Positions 26,343 through 36,060 of a stretch of 64,000 nucleotides of DNA are shown piece after piece; within the stretch, counting starts at the first letter, position 1, and each line of letters starts with the position of its first letter. The position numbers and the translations under genes were made by a program. Location of the stretch: assembly GCA_036802945.1 (NCBI GenBank), contig DAIRVG010000001.1:33166-97165 (forward strand). The letters are read 5' to 3'. Source of the DNA: Vicinamibacterales bacterium (GTDB lineage: Bacteria > Acidobacteriota > Vicinamibacteria > Vicinamibacterales > UBA2999). The notes under the pieces were generated by a model. The model was given only the letters and a program-made list of their open reading frames with translations, ran no database searches and had not been told where the DNA came from.

Positions 26343-28302
26343 GCGCGTGCTGGCCGTCGCCAAAACAGGGGAGGTTGAGCTCCAGGTCGGTTCCGCTCTG
26401 GCGCCGCTCGCGATCGACGAAGACGATGATCTGCTGCCCGCCGTCCTGGGGGAACACGCCCGCCTGGCGATAGCGTTTTGACAGGTAGGTCGAGATGGCT
26501 GGATACGCCTTCTCGAATTCTGGCTGCTGGTCGCGATCGGCCAGGACGATCGGCACGCTCTGCCGCCGGAGACGTTCGAGCACGGCCGGTTCGTACGTCG
26601 CGGTAGGGCGAAAGAGCGGCACGAGGAGCGTTTCTCCCCCTGCGAAGACGCGCCGCGAGAACACGTTGAACTGCGGTGCGTTCCACATCACCAGCAGCCG
26701 ATCCTGCGGGTCCGTGCATCGATTCAGGTAGGGCACGAGCTCGCTGCCTCCGCCTGCCGGCCATTCGCCTGTCCACGGCCATGTACGCGTCCGCTCGATG
26801 ATGCCGTGCGCGCGTTCCAGAATGACCGACGAGTCCTCGCGCAGGTCGGCCTCGTCGATCTTTTCGCGCAGAGACGCCATCGACGCGACGGCAATCGCAA
26901 GCGTGATTCCGGCAGCGACCGCAAGCACCTTGACCGCCGCACGAGCCGCGGCCGCGCGCGGACGCGCGCTGAAAGTGGCCGCGATTACCCACACGGCCAG
27001 AATCGGCGCGGTCCCGAACGCATCAGGAATGCGAACGTCAGTCGGTGAGCGCACCAGTCCGGCGATGGTCGGCATCGCGACCGCCGCCAGCAGGAGAACC
27101 TCGGGGCCGCACCGCAGTGGAGGCTGGCAAGACCGATGTCGCACCAGCCAAAGGACAAGCGTCACCGCCGGTAGCAGCCAGACAGTGTAGAAGAGAAGGG
27201 TCGTGGAATTAACGGCGCCGAACAGGTTCTCGAGCGGCGGTCCGGGTGCGATGCGATCGAGATTCAGTGCGATGGCGATGCGGCGGAGACCACGTGGCCC
27301 GTTCTCGAGCCGGAGCGACGATCGGTCGAAGCCGCCCGTATCCGCCGCATCCGGCAGGCGAACCAGTTGGGAAAGCGCCTCCGTCGCGGGGGGCTCGACG
27401 CGATACCGCCATGACTGCCCATCGTCCCGTAACTCAGGGTAGAGGAGCCCGAGGCTGCGTTCGTGTGCGTGCCTGTCATCGTCCGACAGGCCCATCCGCC
27501 ACCGGACGGCGATGGCCGGCAGGTCGTCGGCTGACCGGGGTTTTGTGAGCATGATCGGTCCCGATTGCACCGGAACGAACCGGGGCAGATTCCAGTCGCC
27601 ACGTTGCGCCTCGGTACGGCTGACTTGCAACCCGGTGCGGAAATACTCCACGAGTCCGACGTTCAGCTGTACGTAGGCCAGGTATGGACTGACGCAAAGC
27701 AGGACGAGCCCGGCGTACGCAGCTGCGCGCTGCAGTACGCGCCGCGGGCCCTCTGACCAGTGCGCGATGATCACGGCCGCTCCACCACCGATGGCTGAGT
27801 AGACGCCATGGTCGTGGCGAAGCAGGAATGCGAATGCGGTCCACGCTCCCAATGCCGCCAGGCGTTTCCCATTCGGGCGTCGCAGATACGCCCAGCCGAT
27901 CACGAACAGGATCGGGTAGAGGGTGATCTTCAGATATCCGTACAGACGCGGGAATGCGACGATCTGTGCGAGGGCCGCGAGGAAGCCGAGCGTCTGCGAG
28001 CCTGTGAGCCGGGCGGCTGCCCAGCAGGTTACGGCGGCCGCCACACCCAACGAGATGACGGTCAGCATCAGCTCGGCGAAAAGCTCCTGACCGAAGATCG
28101 TCTGCGCGGCCGCCGACAGCGCCACCATAAAGGGCGCGCCAACTTCTGTGTAGTCGCGGATCGGCCAGTCACCGAGCAGCACTGCCTGCGCGAGCGACAG
28201 GTGCACGTAGTGGTCGTTTGAGAAGGTGCCGTGAGTGATGAACCGAAACAGGAACGCGACAATCCCTGCCAGCATCGGCAAGATGAGCAGCTTGACGCGC
28301 AA
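26332..28302 (-). CDS. Large polytopic membrane protein (family B, copy 3)
   Basis: The ORF is open to 28551, but the first ~80 codons are lower in GC3 and not conserved. TTG 28302 or ATG 28275 fits the paralogue N-termini better. Contains RFITHGTFSNDHYV, GDWPIRDY, YLNRCTDPQDRLLV, LERLRRQSVPIVLA and LPCF. Confidence 0.75.
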   Translation of the reverse strand: MRVKLLILPMLAGIVAFLFRFITHGTFSNDHYVHLSLAQAVLLGDWPIRDYTEVGAPFMVALSAAAQTIFGQELFAELMLTVISLGVAAAVTCWAAARLTGSQTLGFLAALAQIVAFPRLYGYLKITLYPILFVIGWAYLRRPNGKRLAALGAWTAFAFLLRHDHGVYSAIGGGAAVIIAHWSEGPRRVLQRAAAYAGLVLLCVSPYLAYVQLNVGLVEYFRTGLQVSRTEAQRGDWNLPRFVPVQSGPIMLTKPRSADDLPAIAVRWRMGLSDDDRHAHERSLGLLYPELRDDGQSWRYRVEPPATEALSQLVRLPDAADTGGFDRSSLRLENGPRGLRRIAIALNLDRIAPGPPLENLFGAVNSTTLLFYTVWLLPAVTLVLWLVRHRSCQPPLRCGPEVLLLAAVAMPTIAGLVRSPTDVRIPDAFGTAPILAVWVIAATFSARPRAAAARAAVKVLAVAAGITLAIAVASMASLREKIDEADLREDSSVILERAHGIIERTRTWPWTGEWPAGGGSELVPYLNRCTDPQDRLLVMWNAPQFNVFSRRVFAGGETLLVPLFRPTATYEPAVLERLRRQSVPIVLADRDQQPEFEKAYPAISTYLSKRYRQAGVFPQDGGQQIIVFVDRERRQSGTDLELNLPCFGDGQHALNR

Positions 28303-28595
28303 GCCGGCATCGTAGCGTTCATCACATGGACCGTCAAACCGCGGCCGGACGCATTGACCCGCAGCTTGTAAATGGCGTAGTGTGAACGGGTTGCGGCGCT
28401 TTCCGCCCTTCTTCCAGATAAGCCGCTTCGTTAGAAAAGTGAACGTTGAACCTCGCGCGGTCTCGTTCTCGAGCCGCCCTCGTTCGTTGCGGCGACGCAC
28501 GTGCTGATCGCTCCGGTGAACGTGCTCCGCTCGTTCCTTGATCTCTTCCAATGCGCCCGTGATGACGGCAGGCCGCCAATCTTCGAGGTGACCCG

Positions 28596-31397
28596 TTGAT
28601 TCGCCCGGTGTCTCGCCGCGCGCTCGGTCTCGCGATCATCGGCGTGGAGGCTGCTGCTGTCGTCGCTCGGTTTGTCGACGCGCCGGATGGTTTCGCCTGG
28701 CCCGTTCGTGTTGTCATCCCGGCGATTTGTATCGGTGTCCTGCCGGGTGCTGCTCTCGCGCTCGCGTCGGTTCCGCGACGGTCATGGGCACTGACGGAGC
28801 TGTTCGTCGTCGCGTTCGGGATGAGCGTTGCGCTCGTGCAGCTCGCAGTCATCGCGGCGCTCCTCGGGCATTTCAATGCGGTGACCATGCTTTCCGGGCT
28901 GCTGCTGGCGACGACTGCTCTGGCCGTCATCGGCGCCGCGCGTCACCCCCGTGCCGATGCGGTGACGGCAACCGGAGCCGAGCTCGCGTGGTGGACCTCA
29001 GTGATCGCCCTCGCGGCGTTTCTCTACCTGCAGGGATCTCCGTATACGTTGGGGGAGGACTATCTCCACATCGGAGTGATCCGGCGGCTTGCCTGGCTAC
29101 CGCGTCCGGCGCTCGACAACATCTATTTCGCCCCGGGTGTGATCTATACCTACCCGTTCCCCGCGATTCACTACCTGATGGCGCTGATCTCGCGTCTCGG
29201 CGACGTTGACGCGATTTTCGTGTATCACAAGCTCCGCCTCTTCTGGGGTCCGATTGCGCTCGCATCGCTGGTTGTCGTCGGACGACGAGTCTTTGGATCG
29301 ATGACGGTGGGCCTTGCGTGCGGTTTCACCGCCCTCGCGTTTGCGGCAGCTGGAACGTTTGCGTCCGTGCCGTCGCTCATATGGGGTCAGCTCGTCCCGT
29401 ATTCCCACGCGTCGGATGTGGCCATGGGTACGCTGCTCCCTGTGACGCTCGCCTTTGTCACAACCTTCCTCGACGAGGATCAGGGCCGCGAGGCCCGGTT
29501 TTTCTTCATCGGGGCCGCCGGGCTCGTGCTGACGCTGTCGATCGTGCACATTCGCGAGATCGTCCAGCTGATTGTCTACCTCGGGACCTACCTGGTGTAC
29601 CTCCTGTGGACTCGCGCGGAGCGGAAGTTGCTCGGACGTGCGGCGAAACTCCTGGCCGCCACGGTTGTGATCGCCGGAGCGTTCACGGTGTGGCAGGAAA
29701 CCGTCGTCACGCACGTCGGCTTCCTCGTGAGCAACGAACGCGCGGAACTGGTCCGGACGCTGCGCTCCTCGTCCGCACTCGAGCTGCTGCAGCCTCCCCT
29801 ACCGCTGCTCTCGTCCTTCGTTGGCTACTACTGGACGATGTTCTGGGGATGGAATCCGTTTCTGCTCGCGGCCACGGCGTTGGTCGTGATGGCGTTCCGG
29901 CGGCAGCGGCTCGTCTGGCTGGTTGGCGCAAGCGTGCTCTCCTACGTGCTGATCATCCGGTTCCCGTTGCTCGGCGCTGCCTATATTTTTGTGACGTACT
30001 TCGAAATCCTCTTCACGCCGGTCCGCAACGTGATCTTTTTCCTGCAGCTCATTGCGGGAGCGGCGCTGTTTCTGATCGCCGGTGCGTGCGGACGCAAGGG
30101 CGTGTTGCGCGGGGGGCTTCTGGCGGTACTGGTGTGCGTGGCGTTGGGAGCCGCGTGGTACCTGCCGCGCACGTTCCTGGAACAGCATCAGGACGTTCTG
30201 CTGGTGCCGGTGATCGCCATGCTCATCTGGGCACTCGTTCGCGGCAGGCAGCCGGCGGTGGCTCCCGTCGTACGGACCGAGACTGTACAGCGCGACAGTA
30301 CGGGAATACGCTGGCGCGTCATCGGCGCCGCCGCGGCCGCCGCGGCCGTCGCGCTGATCGCGGCGTGGCACCTGACCAGCCGTCCGGCGCCGGTGATCAA
30401 CGTGCGCTGGGCCAGCGACGTGGGCGGTTCAGAACGGGTGCTGCAGGAGATGCGCTTCACGCTGGTGAAACAGCGGTGGATGGAAGGGACGACCTGGTCG
30501 TACGCGCTGCTTGATTCGTCGCCTGACAACGTACGAGCCCTTGTCGAGTCGCCCGCCGTCGCGGACACGCACGAGATCAATCGCGCGGCGTTCACTGTGA
30601 ACGAGGAGGCGCCGCGCGGCAGCGAGGTCGAATGGGCCGGCAGCCGTCTGCCGGTTCTGGGCTCACCGTTCGGATTCGACGCCGTGCTGATTGCGCTGAT
30701 TGCCCTCGTGGTGATCTCGTTCGCCCGCAACGGCGCCATGGACTTCTCGCCGATCGCGGAGGCGTTGCCAGGCGCCGCGCCGGCCTCTCCGAGTCCGGCG
30801 TTGTTCGGCTGCGTCGTAGTCGCCCTCGCCGCCCTCACGTTTACACCCTCGCTGTCACCGCTGGTTACGCGAGCAGTCAAGCGCCGACCGGTCGATACAG
30901 TGACGGCGATCGCATGCGAGGAGAGGCCGTCCCGGAGCGCTCCCTATCTGCCTCCGGGCGTCGATGTCGTCATCAGCAGCCTGCGGTCGTGCCCACCCAC
31001 GCCCGCGCTGATGCAGTGGGTCGAGGACCACGTGCTGGCGGACGCCGTATTTGCCGTCGACACATGGAACGAGCATCCTCCCTCCGTGTTTTTTCCGCAG
31101 CAGTTCGTCGGGTGGTCGGGCATGGAGCGCAATTTCCTCAACCCCGAAGAACTGTTCGCTTCTTACCTCCGCTTCTACAGGCGGGCGCTGGCCGTGCACG
31201 GAGCGCAGCCTTTCTTCAACGACAAGGAGACGGATGCCGAGCGCAGGCAGTTTGTCGACGATCTCGGGATCACGCACGTGCTCGTTGACCCCGCATTCCA
31301 CGATGTCGTTGTCCCCGCGCTGCGTGACAACGCAATGTTCGAGAAGCAATACGACGCGGGTGGGTGGGCCGTCTTCCGCGTCCGGCCTTCATCGTAG
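28596..31397 (+). CDS. Large polytopic membrane protein, GT-C-like (family A, copy 3)
   Basis: 933 aa with a TTG start. Contains PYTLGEDYLH, VIYTYPFPAIHYLMALI, FVYHKLRLFW, QPFFNDKET, ITHVLVDP and GGWAVFRV. An extra insert of ~140 aa precedes the C-terminal domain. Confidence 0.8.
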   Translation: MIRPVSRRALGLAIIGVEAAAVVARFVDAPDGFAWPVRVVIPAICIGVLPGAALALASVPRRSWALTELFVVAFGMSVALVQLAVIAALLGHFNAVTMLSGLLLATTALAVIGAARHPRADAVTATGAELAWWTSVIALAAFLYLQGSPYTLGEDYLHIGVIRRLAWLPRPALDNIYFAPGVIYTYPFPAIHYLMALISRLGDVDAIFVYHKLRLFWGPIALASLVVVGRRVFGSMTVGLACGFTALAFAAAGTFASVPSLIWGQLVPYSHASDVAMGTLLPVTLAFVTTFLDEDQGREARFFFIGAAGLVLTLSIVHIREIVQLIVYLGTYLVYLLWTRAERKLLGRAAKLLAATVVIAGAFTVWQETVVTHVGFLVSNERAELVRTLRSSSALELLQPPLPLLSSFVGYYWTMFWGWNPFLLAATALVVMAFRRQRLVWLVGASVLSYVLIIRFPLLGAAYIFVTYFEILFTPVRNVIFFLQLIAGAALFLIAGACGRKGVLRGGLLAVLVCVALGAAWYLPRTFLEQHQDVLLVPVIAMLIWALVRGRQPAVAPVVRTETVQRDSTGIRWRVIGAAAAAAAVALIAAWHLTSRPAPVINVRWASDVGGSERVLQEMRFTLVKQRWMEGTTWSYALLDSSPDNVRALVESPAVADTHEINRAAFTVNEEAPRGSEVEWAGSRLPVLGSPFGFDAVLIALIALVVISFARNGAMDFSPIAEALPGAAPASPSPALFGCVVVALAALTFTPSLSPLVTRAVKRRPVDTVTAIACEERPSRSAPYLPPGVDVVISSLRSCPPTPALMQWVEDHVLADAVFAVDTWNEHPPSVFFPQQFVGWSGMERNFLNPEELFASYLRFYRRALAVHGAQPFFNDKETDAERRQFVDDLGITHVLVDPAFHDVVVPALRDNAMFEKQYDAGGWAVFRVRPSS

Positions 31398-31479
31398 ACC
31401 GACGCGCAGGGCATCAGGCCTGCCGGATCCGCGAAATATGGCAGCTTGAATTGCGGATGAGCTAACATCCGGGGCCCCC

Positions 31480-34400
31480 ATGCCGTCGAGAGATTTTGTT
31501 TACATTCTTGGCGTCCCGAATTTTGCCAACTACGAAGCCAGCGCCACTTTGATCCGCGCGCCCCGTGCGGGCGGAAATATCGACTATGTGTGTATCGGTG
31601 AAGACCGGCTGACCCGGCTCAAACACACGTATGTGTTTCCGCTGCGTGGGATCGACTATTGCCTGACGGCGTTCGGCCTCGAATCGCTGGAACAGGTCGA
31701 CTACATCTACACGGACTATGCCCGCCTGCCACGCTGGTTGAACAGCGGTCCCGGTTATCGAAAGCTCGAGCACGATTACCTGAAGCTCAAACTGAATTAC
31801 CCGCGTGAGCGGATTCGCATTGTCGATCATCACGATGGACATGCCGCGAGCGCGTATCACCCCTCGGGATTCGATGACGCCGCCGTACTCGTCGTCGATG
31901 CCCTCGGCTCCGAGCTCATCACCCAGAGCTTGTATCACTGCAAAGGGTCCGAGGTGACACTTCTGGAGCGCGGTCACGATTGGGGAATCGGCCGGCTGTA
32001 TTCGCTTGTCACCGGCGCTGTCCTTCCATACGGACCGGAAAAAGGTTTCGGCAAGATCATGGGACTAGCCCCGTACGGGCAGATCGAGCCGGGACCGGTT
32101 CTCGAGTTTCACGCGAGAGACTCGGGAATGACCACGGACTACAGCGCGTTCTTCACCCGCGCGCCACTCTCGCGCATTGTCGCCCCCGAAGTTCGCCGAT
32201 GCGAAGACCGTGAGAGGGTTCTGGAACCCTACTTTGCGCGCGCCGCGTACGACGTTCAGCAGGAATGCGAACGGCAGATGATCCGGATGGCCTGCTACGC
32301 TTTTGAGAAGACTGGAAGCGCCAATATCTGTCTCGCGGGCGGGGTCGCGCTGAACGGTCTGGCCAACGCCCGCGTTCTACAGCACTCTCCATTCGACAAC
32401 ATCTGGATACAGCCCGGATGTTCCGATACCGGTGTGTCGATGGGGCTCGCCTTGTGGGGCTATTTCCAGGAGCTTGCCACGCCGGAATCATCTCGCGCCG
32501 TCGTATCGATGCCCACACCCTACACAGGGCGTCGCTATCCGGATGACGAGATCCGCGATCTGCTCGCGCAGTATGGCGTCCACGCCACGCCGGTGCCTCC
32601 CGAAGAAGCCGGGCGCCTGGTCGCCGACGGGAAGATTCTTGGATGGTTCGACGGTGAGTCGGAGTTCGGCCCTCGAGCGCTGGGGCACCGCTCGATCATC
32701 GCGGATCCCCGGGATCCGGGCATGAAAGACACACTGAACCATAACGTGAAGTTTCGCGAGGGGTATCGGCCCTACGCGCCCAGCATTCTCGCGGACCACG
32801 CGGAGGAGTGGCTGGAACTTGGCTGCCCAAGTCCGTTCATGCTGCTGGTCGTCCCCGTGCGGGAGGAAAAGCGGTCGCGGGTGCCTGCTGTCACGCACGT
32901 TGACAACACGACCAGGCCTCACACCGTAACCGCGGAAGCCAACCCCAATTACTGGAGGATGATTCGCGAGTTCCACCGGCTGACCGGAGTTCCGATGGTC
33001 CTGAACACGTCGATGAACGTGAACAGGGAACCCATCGTGGAAGCTCCGCTCGATGCGCTCATCTGCGCATTCGGCACCGCGATCGACTTTCTCTACCTGC
33101 AAGGCCTTCTCATCGATTGCAAGCGGTACGCGAATCCTGAATTGGTGAAGCGTCTTACTGCACATCGCCAACAGGTGCTCGACGACGAATGGCGCCGCGT
33201 CACCACGAAGCACCTGACCGGGTACAACGCGGCCGAACGCGATGTGTACCTGGCGGAGGAAAACAAGATTGCCGACTGGCATCGAGATTACCGGTCCAAG
33301 TACGAGCTCGAGCGGAAGATTTCGGAGTGGATTTGTCAGCGGTCTCGTGTCCTCCTCGTCGGGACCAGCGGTCACACGCGTTGTCTCTATCAATATGTCG
33401 ATCGCTTCGACGAGCTCCACGTCACGGGTCTCGTGTCGATGGACGATCTGCCGGGCGAGTCGGCCGATTTCGATCTGTACCCGACGCTTGGTCTCGACGC
33501 CGTGCCGTGGAGTGACGTCGACGCTGTGCTCGTCTCAACCCACGAGTATCAGAAACTGGCGGTCCAACGTGTGCGGGACGTTGCGCCTTCCGGGGTAGAA
33601 CCGGTCACGATCTACGACGACGCCGGCGACAGCCTGATGTTCGTACTTCCGCAGAAATGGCCGGTCATGAACCCGTTCGAGCATGTGTCGGCGCGGCGGA
33701 CGGCCCGCGGGACGCAATCAGTTGCGGTGGACTTCGATTTCCGGTCGAGCGCCGGAAAGCTGGCGGAACGATACGCGCTGATTGTCAACTATCACTACTG
33801 CCATCCTGAAGGCGGCTTCCCGAAGGGCGCGAACGAAGTGCGTCCGGAGGGTCTCGATCGTCAACTGAAGGTCCTGAAACAGAACTTTGCGTTTACGACG
33901 ATTGGCGAGTTGCTCAATCCGAAGGCCGATCTCCCTGAAGCCGTTGCGATCATCACCTTCGACGACGGCTTGAAGGACGTTGCCGAGTTCGCCCTGCCTG
34001 TCCTTCAGAGATGGGACGTTCCGGCGAACGTCTTCTGTTGCTCGGCTCCGCTGATCGAAAAGCACCTGCTCGACGTCCACAAGACTCACCTGTTGCGGGG
34101 ACAACTGGGGATGGAGACGTTTCGAAAAGAGTTCATGAGGCTGCTTGGTCGCCATGACCTGAGCAAGATTCCATCGGTCGAGTCGCTGGGTTTCAGCCAC
34201 CTCTATCCCTACGACGAGAAATCGACCAGGCAATTCAAAGTGCTGCTCAACTATCAGCTGCCGTATCCGATTCTGGACGACGTCCTTGCCGAGATGTTCT
34301 GCCAGACATGCGGTTCAGAGGAAGAATTCGCGGAGCGGCTGTACATGTCCGAGGAAGACCTTGTTCGGTGCCAGCTGGCCGGATGTGAGATCGGGATTCA

Positions 34401-34731
34401 CTCGCATCGGCATCGCATCCTGGGCCGCCTTACCGAGGAAGAACAGCGTCTTGAGCTGGAAACGCCGTTGGCGTACTTCAAGAACCGATTTGCCGTCGAG
34501 AAGTATCATCTCGCATTTCCCTATGGTGCTACCGGCACATGGAATGACGCCACTCTGCGGGTCGCGAAGTGCCTCGGCTACTCGAGTGGCCTGACGGTCG
34601 GGCGTCGAATCGTCAAGCCAGAGGATCTTTCGAATCCGTGGGAGTTGCCGCGATTCGACGTGCGGGACATTTTCGACGCGGACAACAATCTCTACGCGGA
34701 CAAGCTTCGCGCGCTCTTCACTTCGGATTAG
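31480..34731 (+). CDS. Fusion protein: NodU/CmcH-type carbamoyltransferase + linker domain + NodB-type polysaccharide deacetylase
   Basis: N-terminal ~570 aa contain DHHDGHAASAY, GLAPYG, CLAGGVALN, QPGCSDTGVSMG, FGPRALGHRSII, KFREGYRPYAPS, HVDNTTRP and VLNTSMN. C-terminal ~290 aa contain ITFDDGL (motif 1) and IHSHRH (the H-S/T-x-x-H motif 2) of carbohydrate esterase 4-type deacetylases. Confidence 0.9.
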   Translation: MPSRDFVYILGVPNFANYEASATLIRAPRAGGNIDYVCIGEDRLTRLKHTYVFPLRGIDYCLTAFGLESLEQVDYIYTDYARLPRWLNSGPGYRKLEHDYLKLKLNYPRERIRIVDHHDGHAASAYHPSGFDDAAVLVVDALGSELITQSLYHCKGSEVTLLERGHDWGIGRLYSLVTGAVLPYGPEKGFGKIMGLAPYGQIEPGPVLEFHARDSGMTTDYSAFFTRAPLSRIVAPEVRRCEDRERVLEPYFARAAYDVQQECERQMIRMACYAFEKTGSANICLAGGVALNGLANARVLQHSPFDNIWIQPGCSDTGVSMGLALWGYFQELATPESSRAVVSMPTPYTGRRYPDDEIRDLLAQYGVHATPVPPEEAGRLVADGKILGWFDGESEFGPRALGHRSIIADPRDPGMKDTLNHNVKFREGYRPYAPSILADHAEEWLELGCPSPFMLLVVPVREEKRSRVPAVTHVDNTTRPHTVTAEANPNYWRMIREFHRLTGVPMVLNTSMNVNREPIVEAPLDALICAFGTAIDFLYLQGLLIDCKRYANPELVKRLTAHRQQVLDDEWRRVTTKHLTGYNAAERDVYLAEENKIADWHRDYRSKYELERKISEWICQRSRVLLVGTSGHTRCLYQYVDRFDELHVTGLVSMDDLPGESADFDLYPTLGLDAVPWSDVDAVLVSTHEYQKLAVQRVRDVAPSGVEPVTIYDDAGDSLMFVLPQKWPVMNPFEHVSARRTARGTQSVAVDFDFRSSAGKLAERYALIVNYHYCHPEGGFPKGANEVRPEGLDRQLKVLKQNFAFTTIGELLNPKADLPEAVAIITFDDGLKDVAEFALPVLQRWDVPANVFCCSAPLIEKHLLDVHKTHLLRGQLGMETFRKEFMRLLGRHDLSKIPSVESLGFSHLYPYDEKSTRQFKVLLNYQLPYPILDDVLAEMFCQTCGSEEEFAERLYMSEEDLVRCQLAGCEIGIHSHRHRILGRLTEEEQRLELETPLAYFKNRFAVEKYHLAFPYGATGTWNDATLRVAKCLGYSSGLTVGRRIVKPEDLSNPWELPRFDVRDIFDADNNLYADKLRALFTSD

Positions 34732-34749
34732 GGCGATTCTCTGGAGTGG

Positions 34750-34786
34750 TCGGAGGCGCCCAGGGCTCGGATTCGCGCGCCTCCGA
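34750..34786 (+). terminator. Hairpin between the carbamoyltransferase fusion gene and the next operon (terminator candidate)
   Basis: A perfect 10-bp stem, TCGGAGGCGC (34750-34759) and GCGCCTCCGA (34777-34786), encloses a 17-nt loop 19 nt after the stop codon. There is no clear U-tract. Confidence 0.4.
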
Positions 34787-34830
34787 TGATTGACGCCTGC
34801 GCGCAAATGACTTAGCTTTAAACAATTACG

Positions 34831-36036
34831 GTGACAACAAATACGACAGCTGTGCCTGCCGCGGCACACGCGCCCGTACGCTCCACCTTTCTGCCGTACC
34901 ACCAGCCGTCAATAGACGCAGACGACGAACAGGCGGTCCTCGAGACGTTGCGATCCGGCTGGATCACGACGGGGCCTCGTACCAAGACGTTCGAGCACAC
35001 GTTGGCTGAGTACGTTGGCGCTGCCCGGGCGGTTGCGGTGAACTCGTGCACGGCGGCACTCCACCTGGCGCTCGAAGCCGCTGGCGTTGGTTCCGGCGAC
35101 GAGGTCATCACGTCGCCGATCACATTCGCGTCGACGGCAAACGTCATCGTGCATCGCGGCGCCAGGCCGGTGTTCGCCGACGTTCAACCCGACACGCTGA
35201 ACATCGACGTCGACCGTCTGGAGGCGGCAATCACGCCGCGTACAAAGGCGGTGATTCCGGTCGATTTCGCGGGCCATCCGGCCGACCTCGATGCGATCAT
35301 GGCGCTTGCTCGCAACCGCAATCTGGTTGTGATTGAGGACGCCGCGCACTCGATCGGCGCCGAGTACGGCGGGCGGCGCGTGGGCGGCATCGCCGACATG
35401 ACGGCGTTCTCCTTCTACGCCACGAAGAACATCACGAGCGGGGAGGGGGGCGCGCTGACGACGAACAACATCGAGTGGGCTGAGCGGATCGCCATCATGG
35501 CTCTCCACGGCATCAGTCGAGACGCGTGGAAGCGGTACGGCTCCGATGGCTACAAACACTGGGACATCATCTATCCCGGCTACAAGTACAACATGTTCGA
35601 TCTGCAGGGCGCGTTGGTCCTCTCGCAGCTCGCCAAGATCGATCGCTTCTGGAAGCGGCGCGTGTCGCTCAAGGCGACCCTCGACGCGGGACTGAGCGAC
35701 ATCGCGGAGATCGACAGACCCGGTGAGCGGCCGGGCATCAAACACGCGTACCACCTGTACCCGATCATCGTGCGCACGGAGGCGCTCAACGCCGACCGCG
35801 ACACGATCATGAACGCGATCCAGGCGGAGAACGTCGGCATCGGCGTCCATTTCCGCGCGGTGCATCTCCACCCGTATTACCAGGAGACGTTCGGTTTCCG
35901 CCGGGGCGACTTTCCGAACGCCGAGTACTATTCCGATCGCACGATCTCGCTGCCGCTCTATCCACGCATGTCGGACGCCGATGCGGACGATGTGGTGGCG
36001 GCCGTGCGGACGGTCATCGCGCGTTTCCGGCGATAG
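34831..36036 (+). CDS. DegT-family PLP sugar aminotransferase, ArnB-like
   Basis: Contains SGWITTGP, AVNSCTAALHLAL, FSFYATKNITSGEGG, LHGISRDAWKRY, PGYKYNM, VGIGVHFRAVH and SLPLYPRMS, collinear with ArnB-type UDP-4-keto-sugar aminotransferases. Confidence 0.9.
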   Translation: MTTNTTAVPAAAHAPVRSTFLPYHQPSIDADDEQAVLETLRSGWITTGPRTKTFEHTLAEYVGAARAVAVNSCTAALHLALEAAGVGSGDEVITSPITFASTANVIVHRGARPVFADVQPDTLNIDVDRLEAAITPRTKAVIPVDFAGHPADLDAIMALARNRNLVVIEDAAHSIGAEYGGRRVGGIADMTAFSFYATKNITSGEGGALTTNNIEWAERIAIMALHGISRDAWKRYGSDGYKHWDIIYPGYKYNMFDLQGALVLSQLAKIDRFWKRRVSLKATLDAGLSDIAEIDRPGERPGIKHAYHLYPIIVRTEALNADRDTIMNAIQAENVGIGVHFRAVHLHPYYQETFGFRRGDFPNAEYYSDRTISLPLYPRMSDADADDVVAAVRTVIARFRR

Positions 36037-36060
36037 TAGACTCGCATCCTGACAACCGAA

